From Bdellovibrionota bacterium (lineage in GTDB: Bacteria; Bdellovibrionota_G; JALEGL01; DATDPG01), in contig OY764265.1 in NCBI GenBank assembly GCA_963668355.1, positions 2,176,001 through 2,240,000 on the forward strand: DNA of 64,000 bases, read 5' to 3'. This document shows, piece by piece, positions 34,326 to 44,257 of the stretch. A program made the translations under genes and the position numbers. Position 1 is the stretch's first letter. The number at the start of each line of letters is the position of its first letter. The notes under the pieces were generated by a model. It did no database searches, was not told where the DNA came from, and saw only the letters and a program-made list of their open reading frames with translations.

Positions 34326-37300
34326 ATGAAAGCTCTTATCCAGTATTTTGCAAAACGGCACTTGGTGACCAATCTCATTCTATTCGGGGTCATTTTTTCT
34401 GCGATCGGTTTTTGGCACAAAGTGGGCAAAGAGGAATTCCCTGACATCACCATGAATTGGGTGCGCTTCTCGATTCCTTACCCCGGAGCGGCAGCCGAAG
34501 ATGTTGAGCTTTTTGTGACCAAGCCCATAGAAGAAAAGCTCAAGGAACTTACCGGTTTGTATGAAGTTAATGCGACCTCTTCCTATGGTTCTGCCTCCTT
34601 TGTGGTTCGCATTGAGTCGCATGTCTCCAATCCCGACGAACTCATTCGCGATGTGAAAGACGCGGTTGATCGAACCGAACTTCCATCCGAAACCGAGGAC
34701 CCCATTTTCCGGAGATTCAACACGGCGGAAAAGGCCATCATCGATATCGGCTTGTACCATAAGAAGAAGAAAATCTTGGATGTGGACGCCCGGCAGGAAT
34801 TGCAAAAATTCGCGCTGGCCTTTGAGAGTCGAGCCCTGGCAATCCCAGAAATCAGTGGGTTGGACGATCAGGGCTATCTTCAGCCGGAAATCCAGATTCA
34901 CTTAGACCCCAAAAAACTTGCGGACAGGGATCTTTCACTGGGTGAAGTTCGAAATCAGATCTTGGCCCAACATGTTCGTGTTCCCGCAGGAAGTATGGAA
35001 GACCGCGAAGAATCTGAAGTCTCTTTCTTGTCTGAACTCGATACGGTACCTCGTTTGGAGAACGTTATTGTACGGGGAGGATTTGAAGGACAAAAAATTC
35101 GTTTGAAAGAGATCGGAACGGTTCGAGAAGGGTTTGAAAAAAATGCTCGTGTCTTGAAGATTCACGGCCATGAAGGGGTTCTCTTTAATGTTAAGAAAAG
35201 TGCGGGCGTGGATATCCTCACGGCTCAAAAGGCGGTTTTTCGTTTTGTGGAAGACCTGCGCGAGAGCCATCCGGAATCTCCTATTGGCATAGTGCTATTG
35301 GACGACGAATCTTATGATATTCGAAACCGTCTATCCTTGATTGGATGGAATGGGTTGGTGGGGTTCATCCTCATTCTTTTGGTTTTGTTTTTGTTTTTGG
35401 ATTTTACTTCGGGTTTCTGGGTTGCCTCCGGAATTCCATTTACGTTGGCTTTTACCTTGCTCGCGGCTTTGGTGATGGGCTTTACGATCAACAATGTGAC
35501 GCTTTCCGGAATCATCGTGGTTCTGGGAATTGTGGTGGATGATGCCATTGTCGTCGCGGAAAATATTTCCCGTTTGCGGCGTCAGGGTGTGGCCAAGCTT
35601 AAAGCTGTTGTGGATGGAACGCGAGGTGTGATTTTACCGGTCTTGGCCAGCATTTTGACCACCTGCGCAGCCTTTCTTCCTCTCTTCTTTTTTGAAGGAC
35701 ATTTTGGCCTGTTCATCAAATACATTCCCATTGTCGTTTTCTTGATGCTGGGAGCTAGTTTGATTGAAGCGATGCTGATTTTGCCTGGACATTTGAACTA
35801 TGGATTTCCTTTGGTGAATTGGTGGCGAAGACGGACCTCTCGGGTTGTGAAAGACAAAACCGGCCATTGGTTCTTTCGCTTGGAACAACGCTATGCCAAT
35901 TTTTTGACGCAAGCTCTGAGGTTTCGCATCCCTATTTTAGGTGCCTTTACAGCCCTTTTGGTGATTTCCTTTTTCTTGTTTCAAAGTCAAATGAAGTTCG
36001 TGATGTTTCCGCGCGAGGAAAGCAAAGAAATTGTGGTTCGAGCCAAGGTCGAGGAAGGCAGTACCCGATATGAGACAGCCAAAAAGATCGAGCCCCTGGA
36101 AGAGATCTTTTTAAAGGATGATCATGGGGTGGTCGTTTCGATGATCTCATCGATTGGCCAAAATCGGCGGGGAGGGGCTGTATTGGAGCACGAAGCCATG
36201 TTGCGTGTGGAGTTGTTGCCGCCATCGGAAAGAGACATTCCTTTGAACGATTTGCTTCCGATTTGGGAAAAGAAAGCCTCTCAACTCCCCCAGCTAAAAG
36301 AGGTTCGGTTTTTGAAGAGCCGATGGGGAGCTGAAAGCGGAAGTCCCATCGAATTTGATGTTCAAGAGAACAATGATGAGATTCGGCGCGCGGTGGTTGA
36401 GGATGTCAAAAGGCGCATGCAGAAACATCCAGCGATATCGAATGTTGAAATCGAGCGCCCCATTACGCGTCGCCAATATGAATTGGAGTTACGGCGTGAT
36501 GATGTGTTTACGATGGGCATCAACCCCAGTGAAATCGGAAAAAGTTTGAGGGCCTTTGTAGAGGGCCAGATCTTATACACGTTGAACAAAGGCGAAGAAG
36601 AAGTGGATGTTCGTTTGACCAGCTCTCTAGCGGACAAGAAAGATATTGAGTCGATTCTGGGTATGCGCGTGTCCAATACCGAGGGCTATCTCGTACCTTA
36701 TCGAGATTTGGTGAGGATGAGAGAAACGCGGGCTCCTTCGAATATTCAACGGATAGATTATCGAAGAACCACCAAGATTTATGCGGACTTAAAAGAGAAC
36801 ACAGATGTTACCCCCTTGGATGTGGCCAATTTCCTAGAGGAAGAAGTGTTTCCTGCGGCTCGAAAAGATCATCCCAGTACATTGTTCAGCTTTCGGGGTG
36901 AAATTGAACATTCCCGAGAATCGCAGGGCGATTTTGGTTTGGCGTTGGTTTTGTCATTGAGCATCATCTATTTTCTTCTGGTGTTGCTCTACGACTCGGT
37001 CGGGTTACCTTTCTTAATTGGTGCCGTAATTCCATTTGGAACGGTCGGAGTCTGTCTGGCTTTCATGGCTCACGGCATGACGCAGTATGGGTTCTTTGCC
37101 GTTGTTGGAACACTTGGAATGATCGGTGTTGTGGTCAATGATTCCATCGTGATGATTTCCAAGCTGGAAGATGCGGAGATCTTGGATACGAGCAAGAAAG
37201 ATCTATTTCGATCGGTGGCGGATGTTTCTTCCACTCGTCTGAGAGCCGTTGTTGTAACTACTTTGACTACAGTTGCGGGGCTTTTCCCCACGGCCTATGG

Positions 37301-37448
37301 GATTTTTGGATATGACTCCATGCTTGCCGAAATGATGTTGGCCATGGCTTGGGGATTGATCTTTTCCACACTCATCACACTGCTTCTGGTTCCCTGTCTC
37401 TATAGCTTTTATGCCCATTTTCGAAGGAAAGGACACGAAGCCTCATGA
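34326..37448 (+). CDS. RND efflux transporter permease (AcrB/AcrD/AcrF family)
   Basis: 1040 aa; GIVVDDAIVV.EN, GVVVNDSIV, R.RAV..TTLTT.AG. Confidence 0.95.
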   Translation: MKALIQYFAKRHLVTNLILFGVIFSAIGFWHKVGKEEFPDITMNWVRFSIPYPGAAAEDVELFVTKPIEEKLKELTGLYEVNATSSYGSASFVVRIESHVSNPDELIRDVKDAVDRTELPSETEDPIFRRFNTAEKAIIDIGLYHKKKKILDVDARQELQKFALAFESRALAIPEISGLDDQGYLQPEIQIHLDPKKLADRDLSLGEVRNQILAQHVRVPAGSMEDREESEVSFLSELDTVPRLENVIVRGGFEGQKIRLKEIGTVREGFEKNARVLKIHGHEGVLFNVKKSAGVDILTAQKAVFRFVEDLRESHPESPIGIVLLDDESYDIRNRLSLIGWNGLVGFILILLVLFLFLDFTSGFWVASGIPFTLAFTLLAALVMGFTINNVTLSGIIVVLGIVVDDAIVVAENISRLRRQGVAKLKAVVDGTRGVILPVLASILTTCAAFLPLFFFEGHFGLFIKYIPIVVFLMLGASLIEAMLILPGHLNYGFPLVNWWRRRTSRVVKDKTGHWFFRLEQRYANFLTQALRFRIPILGAFTALLVISFFLFQSQMKFVMFPREESKEIVVRAKVEEGSTRYETAKKIEPLEEIFLKDDHGVVVSMISSIGQNRRGGAVLEHEAMLRVELLPPSERDIPLNDLLPIWEKKASQLPQLKEVRFLKSRWGAESGSPIEFDVQENNDEIRRAVVEDVKRRMQKHPAISNVEIERPITRRQYELELRRDDVFTMGINPSEIGKSLRAFVEGQILYTLNKGEEEVDVRLTSSLADKKDIESILGMRVSNTEGYLVPYRDLVRMRETRAPSNIQRIDYRRTTKIYADLKENTDVTPLDVANFLEEEVFPAARKDHPSTLFSFRGEIEHSRESQGDFGLALVLSLSIIYFLLVLLYDSVGLPFLIGAVIPFGTVGVCLAFMAHGMTQYGFFAVVGTLGMIGVVVNDSIVMISKLEDAEILDTSKKDLFRSVADVSSTRLRAVVVTTLTTVAGLFPTAYGIFGYDSMLAEMMLAMAWGLIFSTLITLLLVPCLYSFYAHFRRKGHEAS

Positions 37449-38845
37449 AAAGAATTCTTGCTTTAATTAGCCTTTCGATCATTGGTTTATATTCCCACGG
37501 GGCTTTTGCCGACTCCTCGCAAAAATTTTTGGATTTGAATGAATTCGTTCGTGCGGCCCGAGCCAATGATGTCGGGATTGAAAAAGTGCTGCATGAACGC
37601 GTTCAAACCACGTTTTTGAGATCTTTGTCGCTACCTTCTCCCGGGGTTTTGCTTCAAATTGAAAATCAATATGGATTTTCTTTGGATGAAGGGGAGCGGA
37701 CGACGGTTCTGGATCTTGCGGCTTCTAAAGAGATCACAACGACGGGCACCACGCTTACAGCGTCTCATAGTTTAAACCGTCAAGAAGACCGAGAAGAAGA
37801 TCAAACCAGGGTCGCGCTTGAACAGTCACTCTTTCGGAACGCTTTTGGAAAACAAACGCGCCGACAAGATCAAAAACTCATCAAAGAGAATGAAGCCATT
37901 CTACTTCGAACCGTCGAAGCGTATGAAGACTATATTGCGACTCTAATTTCTGGATATTTTGATTGGCAGCTTTCTCATGTAAATCGCACGGTGGCTCAAG
38001 AGCTTCTTAGCGAAAGCCAAAGCCTTCAACATTTCATTGAAGAGCGGAGTCAGAGGCATATCGCTTCAAAGGTGGATGTTGGGCGCGTTGCATTGGAAAG
38101 CATGGGGTACGAAGAGGCGATTCTGGAATTGGATATTTCTTTGGTGAAACAGGGAGCCGAGATCGCTTCGGCGATGGGAAAGGAAGTTCTTAACGACTTG
38201 CAACCTTCTGCTTTGTTGGATTGGACGAATTTGAAGCTGGATTTTGAGCAGACCCGAACGGCGGCTTTGTCAAAAGGACGCATGTTGGGCGCCTACGCGC
38301 TTGCAGAGGAAGCGGGGGCTTTAGAAATTCAATTGCGAAAGGAAGATTTGGATCCGGCCATCAATCTAATCGGCGGGTTTCGATACGATGACTCCACACG
38401 TTTTACGGTCAGTACGGACCGCAAGGAAGTATATGTAGGTTTTAATGCAGAGCTTCCTCTTTGGGATCAGAAGAGCGGCGCAGAAGTAAAAAAAGCGGCC
38501 TATGAGAAAATGTCCGCGACGCTGGCCAAAAAGGAGTATTTGAAAAACCTTTCTTCGGCCTTGAGGGCGCAAGAGGGACGCATTCAAACGCAGCGGAAGC
38601 GAATTGAATTGAGTGAGAAGAAGTGGACCGTTTCCAAGGATGTCGCTCGTCGAGAGCGAAAACGGTATGAGAACGGAAAAATCGATTTGGAAACCCTCAT
38701 TTCAGCTCGACAAGCCCAGGCCAATAGCCGGTTTGAGTTTTTGAAAAACCGGATTCAACTCAACAAAGATATTGTGGAGTGGCTTCGTCTAACCGATCAG
38801 TTGATTGTCAAAGATGAACCCAACTTGCCTGCAGTGAGAAGCTAA
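37445..38845 (+). CDS. TolC-family outer membrane protein
   Basis: Signal peptide; helical repeats; ELPLWD; RYENGKID; ATGA overlap with the RND gene. Confidence 0.8.
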   Translation: MKRILALISLSIIGLYSHGAFADSSQKFLDLNEFVRAARANDVGIEKVLHERVQTTFLRSLSLPSPGVLLQIENQYGFSLDEGERTTVLDLAASKEITTTGTTLTASHSLNRQEDREEDQTRVALEQSLFRNAFGKQTRRQDQKLIKENEAILLRTVEAYEDYIATLISGYFDWQLSHVNRTVAQELLSESQSLQHFIEERSQRHIASKVDVGRVALESMGYEEAILELDISLVKQGAEIASAMGKEVLNDLQPSALLDWTNLKLDFEQTRTAALSKGRMLGAYALAEEAGALEIQLRKEDLDPAINLIGGFRYDDSTRFTVSTDRKEVYVGFNAELPLWDQKSGAEVKKAAYEKMSATLAKKEYLKNLSSALRAQEGRIQTQRKRIELSEKKWTVSKDVARRERKRYENGKIDLETLISARQAQANSRFEFLKNRIQLNKDIVEWLRLTDQLIVKDEPNLPAVRS

Positions 38846-38984
38846 GAGCCATTCGTACAAACAAATCGCTGCAACGCATCATCCTGAGCCCAGACTTTAA
38901 CGGTGGGGCTTTTTGAGGTTTTCCTTGGGGTCTGGGAAGTGCCCTTGTAAGCTCGTCATTCACTCATTTTTTCGAGGAGGTCTC

Positions 38985-39299
38985 GTGAAAAAAGCGGTTT
39001 GGGTCTGGGGACTTTGTCTGGTTTCTGTTTGGATGAGTTCCTGTGGTGTGCTTTACGATGTAGATCTTACGGCGAGTCCGACCTCTGGAACGGCTCCCTT
39101 GGCCGTGGCGTTCACGGCCGATACCGATGGCTATATTGGTCTCGTAAATTATTTCTGGGATTTTGGAGATGGCGATGTGTCCTACGAACAGAATCCTTCT
39201 CACACGTTTTCTGAACCGGGTGTTTATTCGGTCATTTGTGAAGCAGCCAATACGGAGAATACCGTGCGTTCATCCATCGAAATTGTGGTGAATGAATAG
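38985..39299 (+). CDS. PKD-domain lipoprotein, paralog of 18059-18376
   Basis: GAGGAGG RBS with GTG start; SSCGVLY..PTSGTAPL..WDFGDG..PGVYSV. Confidence 0.85.
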   Translation: MKKAVWVWGLCLVSVWMSSCGVLYDVDLTASPTSGTAPLAVAFTADTDGYIGLVNYFWDFGDGDVSYEQNPSHTFSEPGVYSVICEAANTENTVRSSIEIVVNE

Positions 39300-39311
39300 A
39301 AAAACCCTGAG

Positions 39312-39998
39312 CTAATATTTTCGATTGAATAAGGGTGCGGCAAAGCAAGCTGTGTTTTCATCCTGGCATTCCAGATTGGCTTGATTCCAATCGGGCCCAT
39401 CCACAAACCACGAAAAGACTTCATCTGAGGCCACTTTTTTCAACGAATGGGTAGCTGTTTGGCACTCACATTCAAAAGCAGACGTTTCTAGGTCCAGAAG
39501 ATTTGCTTTGCATTCAAAAAAGGGAAACCCTCTAAGGTAGAGCGTTTCAAGGCTGTTCGAATAGTCTGGGGGGAGATCGGCCGACGTTCGTCCCAATTGA
39601 ATGGACGTGCGATACAAACGCATGGAAGCTTCCCGCGCACATTCCAAGGAGGTATCTTCCATGGAAACATCGTCTTCAAATTGTTTAAACCATTTCACGG
39701 TTTTCATTTCATAGTTGGCGAAAACTTCGTGGGGCCTTCGGCATGCATTGGATTCACGGGAAAGAACCTTCGTCGGGCAAAGACATAAAAACCCACTGGC
39801 ATGTTCTTGTGAAAGATTCAGTACACGATGTTTGGGCGCAGCTTCTCCAAACTCACCCATGAGAGGAATGGTTTCGTTGCATGCCTCTTGCGTTCGTGGG
39901 TCGTATAAAATTTGCATTTTTGGCTTCGCAAAACAGGGAACCGCAAAAACGACACAGGTCAGAAAGCTAGCAAACCATTTGGATACGTTCTTCACCAT
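39312..39998 (-). CDS. Secreted Cys-rich hypothetical protein coupled to Rhs cap 1
   Basis: Signal peptide ending CFA; start overlaps the stop of the upstream Rhs gene. Confidence 0.6.
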   Translation of the reverse strand: MVKNVSKWFASFLTCVVFAVPCFAKPKMQILYDPRTQEACNETIPLMGEFGEAAPKHRVLNLSQEHASGFLCLCPTKVLSRESNACRRPHEVFANYEMKTVKWFKQFEDDVSMEDTSLECAREASMRLYRTSIQLGRTSADLPPDYSNSLETLYLRGFPFFECKANLLDLETSAFECECQTATHSLKKVASDEVFSWFVDGPDWNQANLECQDENTACFAAPLFNRKY

Positions 39999-41446
39999 AT
40001 TCCACTTCCTCTCTCTACATCAGCCAACTTTCCGGAATGTGGATTCCAGTCTTCCAGGCGTGTGCCGGTGGAGGGATCAAAATGAATATCGCGGAACAAA
40101 AACCGATTCAAAGGGTTTTTGGCCATTTGTATGGGCCAGTAAATTTTTAGGGGCGGGGCCTCGAAGGGTTGAAGGTTTTGATTGGAGCCAGCTTCAATTG
40201 TGGAACAGGCAAAAAATGAGCAGTTTTGACCTAAGACAAAGTACCGGGCTCGGTCCGGATCGCCCTCACGCGAGAAGTTCAACGCAAAATCCATTTGGGC
40301 TTCGTAGTCCCCGCCTTCAAACCAGAAACCATGCAATCTCCCATTTCCAGGGCCAATGGCGGTTTCCCTTCCGTACAGTTGCTGGGCGAGACTCGAAAAA
40401 ACCAAGTCTAAAGATTCTTGCGTCCAAGCTCCATCGTCTCCGCGCGATAGGAAAGGTAGGTCGTTTTCTAAACTTCGGACCATTCCGATTCCTTCAGCAT
40501 CGTAAGTACCAAACTCAAAGTAGTCCGTTCGACCCGTGTCATCATTGATGAGCAGGACTCCACTGTGACCCAGATGTGGAAACTGAACGCCGTTATTTTC
40601 TCCTGGAGGCAAATTATTTCGCAGTGGATCTTCGATCCAATCCGGAATTTTCTGAATGTAACGATCGGGCATCGTCAAATACTTGTCGATCATGGAGACC
40701 CATACGGCCGTGTTTCCAGAGGGGTCGGTCATGTTCACCGGATTGTTGAAGGTATAACTGTATCGGTTATAGGCCAGTGAACCGCCTGGAGGCGTGGTTG
40801 GGTCGGCTTGCGTAAAGCCATGGCCGGGAAGATAATGCCGGGCATTGTAATCCAACAAACTACCTTCTTTGAGGTTCCCGTTGAATCCTCGATTTTGCTC
40901 GGGCATTTCTGTGTGTCGAAACCAATCCTCACCATAGGGAAGGGTGTCTCGTTGTTCGAAACCGTTTCCGGAGTCTAATGTCGCCACAACGGATCCCAAA
41001 TGATCTTTTAGAAAAAAGAATATGCCGTCTCCGTTGGAGTTGGTTTCCGCTTCATTGCCATATTGGTATCGAACGGTTCCATTCAGGACGCGCAAGTGAT
41101 CATCTAGAAAAATCTCGGTTCGGCCGGTTGTGTCGTAGGTCGCAATCTTTTGTCCCTGAGTCGTGAAAAAGAAATGTGACGTCACACCGTTTTCTTCCAG
41201 TGTACGCAATTTGCGATTGGCGTCGTACGAGAAATGTTTGGTGGCTGTATCGTTTTCAGAAATGGTGTTTAAGTCACCGTTTCGATCATACGTATAAACG
41301 GAGGTGGATCCGTCCTTGGTTTGAGAAATGAGTGCATGCGGTCCACCCACGCCGTTTCCAGCTTCACCAAATTCAGAATTGATGACGGCTCCCCAAGAAG
41401 GAAGTGAAAGCAGGCACGTGAACATCATTACGACAAGACGTGTCAA
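39992..41446 (-). CDS. Short secreted Rhs-core protein (cap 1) with papain-like C-terminal domain
   Basis: Signal peptide; GPHA; YD repeats; DHLGS; PYGE; DYNARHY; NRYSY..NNPVNMTDPSG. Confidence 0.85.
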   Translation of the reverse strand: MTRLVVMMFTCLLSLPSWGAVINSEFGEAGNGVGGPHALISQTKDGSTSVYTYDRNGDLNTISENDTATKHFSYDANRKLRTLEENGVTSHFFFTTQGQKIATYDTTGRTEIFLDDHLRVLNGTVRYQYGNEAETNSNGDGIFFFLKDHLGSVVATLDSGNGFEQRDTLPYGEDWFRHTEMPEQNRGFNGNLKEGSLLDYNARHYLPGHGFTQADPTTPPGGSLAYNRYSYTFNNPVNMTDPSGNTAVWVSMIDKYLTMPDRYIQKIPDWIEDPLRNNLPPGENNGVQFPHLGHSGVLLINDDTGRTDYFEFGTYDAEGIGMVRSLENDLPFLSRGDDGAWTQESLDLVFSSLAQQLYGRETAIGPGNGRLHGFWFEGGDYEAQMDFALNFSREGDPDRARYFVLGQNCSFFACSTIEAGSNQNLQPFEAPPLKIYWPIQMAKNPLNRFLFRDIHFDPSTGTRLEDWNPHSGKLADVERGSGIW

Positions 41447-41622
41447 AACGGGGATTGCCTACCAGTCTCCGAACCCTTTCGCAAACCTTTTTTTAACTCC
41501 CTAAAAACAATGGGGAAAATAAGCATGCGACGCGTTGATCGCAACGGCGCAAAAAAACGCTGTGCGACATTTTCTTCGAAAGTTCTTTGCATTTTGAAAA
41601 AATTACGCTAGGTGTCATCGCC

Positions 41623-43098
41623 ATGTTGAAGCGAATCTTGGGGTTTACGATTCTTTTCACCTTCGTCGCCGTTCCGGCTGAGGCCTCTACAAGTCATTTT
41701 CAATACGGAACTCAAGGGTCTGGACAGGCCGGAACACACGCCATTCTTTCTCGGAGTGTGGACTCGGAAGTCTCGCAATTTTCGTATGACCAGAATGGGG
41801 ATCTTTCTCGAATTGAGAAAGATGGCATCGAGGTTGAGTCGTATCAATACGATGCGACTCGGAAACTTCGAAAAGCCACACTCAATCAAACGGAGACGAC
41901 CTCTTTCTTTTATACGGCCACGGGCGAAAAAGTGTTGACGCAGTTGCCGGATGGGCGCGTCGAGGTGTTTCTTGAACCGGGACTTCGTGTTTCAAATGAT
42001 GTGGTTCGCTATCAATATGGAACAGATGCCGAAACTAGCTCTTCTGGAGATGGGATTACATTTCAGGTGAAAGATCACTTGGGATCCATTGTGGCGACGG
42101 TGGATTCGACGGGCATGTTGGAACAACGGGATACGCTGCCCTACGGCGAAAAATGGTTTCAATCTCCTGAGCTTCCTGAATTGGACCGAGGATTTAATGG
42201 AAACCGACAAGAGGGAAAACTCTATGACTATAACGCTCGACATTATTCGCCTGAGTTAGCCGCGTTTGTTCAATCCGATTCCCTCGTGCCTCATATGGAT
42301 ACGCTGGGTTTCAACCGATACACCTATGTAAGTGGGAATCCGGTCAACCGAATTGATCCCAGCGGCCATCAAGATCTGGCCGATAATAATGGCATTGACT
42401 TTACTTCGTCGGCGAATGCGAATCTTCAGTTGAGTGAAGATGTTGCGGCTTTGAAGACCCAGCTCTTAGCTCAGGGAGAGCAACGGAGTCAGCTAAATTA
42501 CCTTTTCGCTTTTGATGCCGCCAACTATCTCATCAACGCATCTCCGGATGATCCCATGTATGACAAAGCGGAGTTTGAAGTGGGTATGGATATTTTTATG
42601 GCGATTTTGTCTCTTCAAGGTGGAGGAGGAGGGGGCGTCTCGCGAGCGTCATCTTATGGATGGTTTCGGGCGAGACCTCGAGTTGACTTGATTCCGTTTG
42701 TTCGGGAGTTCACTCCGACATGGCGTTTAAACGCTGAAGCTGCGTTGGCTGGTGTTCGAAGTTCGGGTCGTTTCTTAATTGATAATCGTGAAGTGGTTTT
42801 GGATATTGCTCTAGAAGGTATGCAATTCGCTGAAGACTTATCCAGTGTGAATGTCTTTATGCCGCCAAGTTCGGAACCTAGTGGCGTGGTGGCCGAATTG
42901 CAACCGTATCTGGATTTTGCCTCGGGTGATTACGCGATTCCTTCGCATCATTTGACGTTGATGACGTCGGTTCAGGAGATGGAAATGCATCGCGCAGCGC
43001 TGAGTGGAATTCCCACGATCGAAATTCCGTCGAATGTTCATGTTTCGGCATACATGGATACATCCGGTGTTTGGCGACCGTTGAGCTTGCCGCGCTGA
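41623..43098 (+). CDS. Short secreted Rhs-core protein (cap 2) with unknown C-terminal domain
   Basis: Signal peptide ending AEA; GTHA; DHLGS; PYGE; DYNARHY; NPVNRIDPSG. Confidence 0.85.
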   Translation: MLKRILGFTILFTFVAVPAEASTSHFQYGTQGSGQAGTHAILSRSVDSEVSQFSYDQNGDLSRIEKDGIEVESYQYDATRKLRKATLNQTETTSFFYTATGEKVLTQLPDGRVEVFLEPGLRVSNDVVRYQYGTDAETSSSGDGITFQVKDHLGSIVATVDSTGMLEQRDTLPYGEKWFQSPELPELDRGFNGNRQEGKLYDYNARHYSPELAAFVQSDSLVPHMDTLGFNRYTYVSGNPVNRIDPSGHQDLADNNGIDFTSSANANLQLSEDVAALKTQLLAQGEQRSQLNYLFAFDAANYLINASPDDPMYDKAEFEVGMDIFMAILSLQGGGGGGVSRASSYGWFRARPRVDLIPFVREFTPTWRLNAEAALAGVRSSGRFLIDNREVVLDIALEGMQFAEDLSSVNVFMPPSSEPSGVVAELQPYLDFASGDYAIPSHHLTLMTSVQEMEMHRAALSGIPTIEIPSNVHVSAYMDTSGVWRPLSLPR

Positions 43099-43110
43099 TT
43101 TGAATCAGAT

Positions 43111-44079
43111 TTATCTGGGTTGACAGTCTTCGAGTCGAAGAGGCGTTTCTCTCGTCTCTCTAAGGAGGCCGTATAGTTGGAGATAGTCCTGAAGAGTGTT
43201 TTCGATTCTTCCAAAAAAAGTAAAACCGGTGTGGAATAGCTTATAAATGAACTCCGCATAATCCTCCCGCCCCAGGTGGTCCAAGAGCGCTTCTTTGTCG
43301 AGAGGAATTCCAAAAAAATGAAAAAAGGTATCCCGAATGAAGAAGTCACGTTGTTCGATGTAGTAATGTTCAAAATAAACGCTACCCGGTTGGAAGTCAG
43401 TTCGAGCCAGAATTCCGGGAACGTCTGAATTTTCACATTCGACAAACCCAAAAAGCGTATCTTCAACCAAATGCGACAAGAGTTGATCAACGACTTGTAG
43501 CCAAACGGTGTACACAATAGGATCCTTTGCGTTTCTAGTTCGTGCAATTTCTCGGAGGACAGGAATTCGATCATCAGGATCCAGTCCCAGGTTCTCACCT
43601 TGTATGATGTGAACCGATTCATTGATCAATAGTCGATCAAGCATTTCTTCTGGCGAGATATCGTCTTTTTCGGCAGCTTCGACTACTTTCTTAATGGAAA
43701 TTACGACCGACTTGTTAAGTGACAAAGTAAGGGCAGGTTGTAGAGGATCCTCTGAGAGAATTCGTTTTTGTAGCCTTACGGGAAGAATAGATGGGTTTCG
43801 TTCAAAAAGTAGAAAGTGATAGCCCTTTTTTACAAGGCTTCCGTGAAGTCCTTCGAAGAAGGTTTTTCCTTGAGGATATTCTCGATAGAGATGATTCAAA
43901 CGTTCGAGCATAGCGTTGTTGAAATCCACAAATTCCAATTCCTCAAATGGAGCCGGAAGGGGAAAGTCTCCCTTTGGGGCTTGGGAAAAGGCCGCAGAAG
44001 AACCCATTCCAAAGAAGAGAATGAAGAAGAAAAATCCAGTTCGAAATGTGCGAGTTTTCATAAAATATAATAAAAACAA
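43111..44079 (-). CDS. Secreted hypothetical protein, possibly a degenerate zincin
   Basis: Signal peptide; LINESVH resembles HExxH with the first H replaced by N. Confidence 0.55.
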   Translation of the reverse strand: MFLLYFMKTRTFRTGFFFFILFFGMGSSAAFSQAPKGDFPLPAPFEELEFVDFNNAMLERLNHLYREYPQGKTFFEGLHGSLVKKGYHFLLFERNPSILPVRLQKRILSEDPLQPALTLSLNKSVVISIKKVVEAAEKDDISPEEMLDRLLINESVHIIQGENLGLDPDDRIPVLREIARTRNAKDPIVYTVWLQVVDQLLSHLVEDTLFGFVECENSDVPGILARTDFQPGSVYFEHYYIEQRDFFIRDTFFHFFGIPLDKEALLDHLGREDYAEFIYKLFHTGFTFFGRIENTLQDYLQLYGLLRETRETPLRLEDCQPR

Positions 44080-44257
44080 ATAGTTATATGTACGCCTGCC
44101 TGCTGTTGGTCATTGTATATCCAAAAGGACGCGATGTGTCAATTTGAGGTTTGCGTTTATATTTTTGCGTCATTTTTTTCTTCACATTTGGAATTTTATG
44201 TGACACACAGCGTCCATTCGTGCTTTATGCGTTACGTCATCATTGGGGGTCCGTAGA

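Noticed and set aside
39715..40548. 277-aa plus-strand ORF
   Set aside because: Antisense to Rhs cap 1 and its partner, with no recognisable motifs.
43038..43622. 194-aa minus-strand ORF
   Set aside because: Alternative frame mostly within 43111-44079 and overlapping the end of cap 2.
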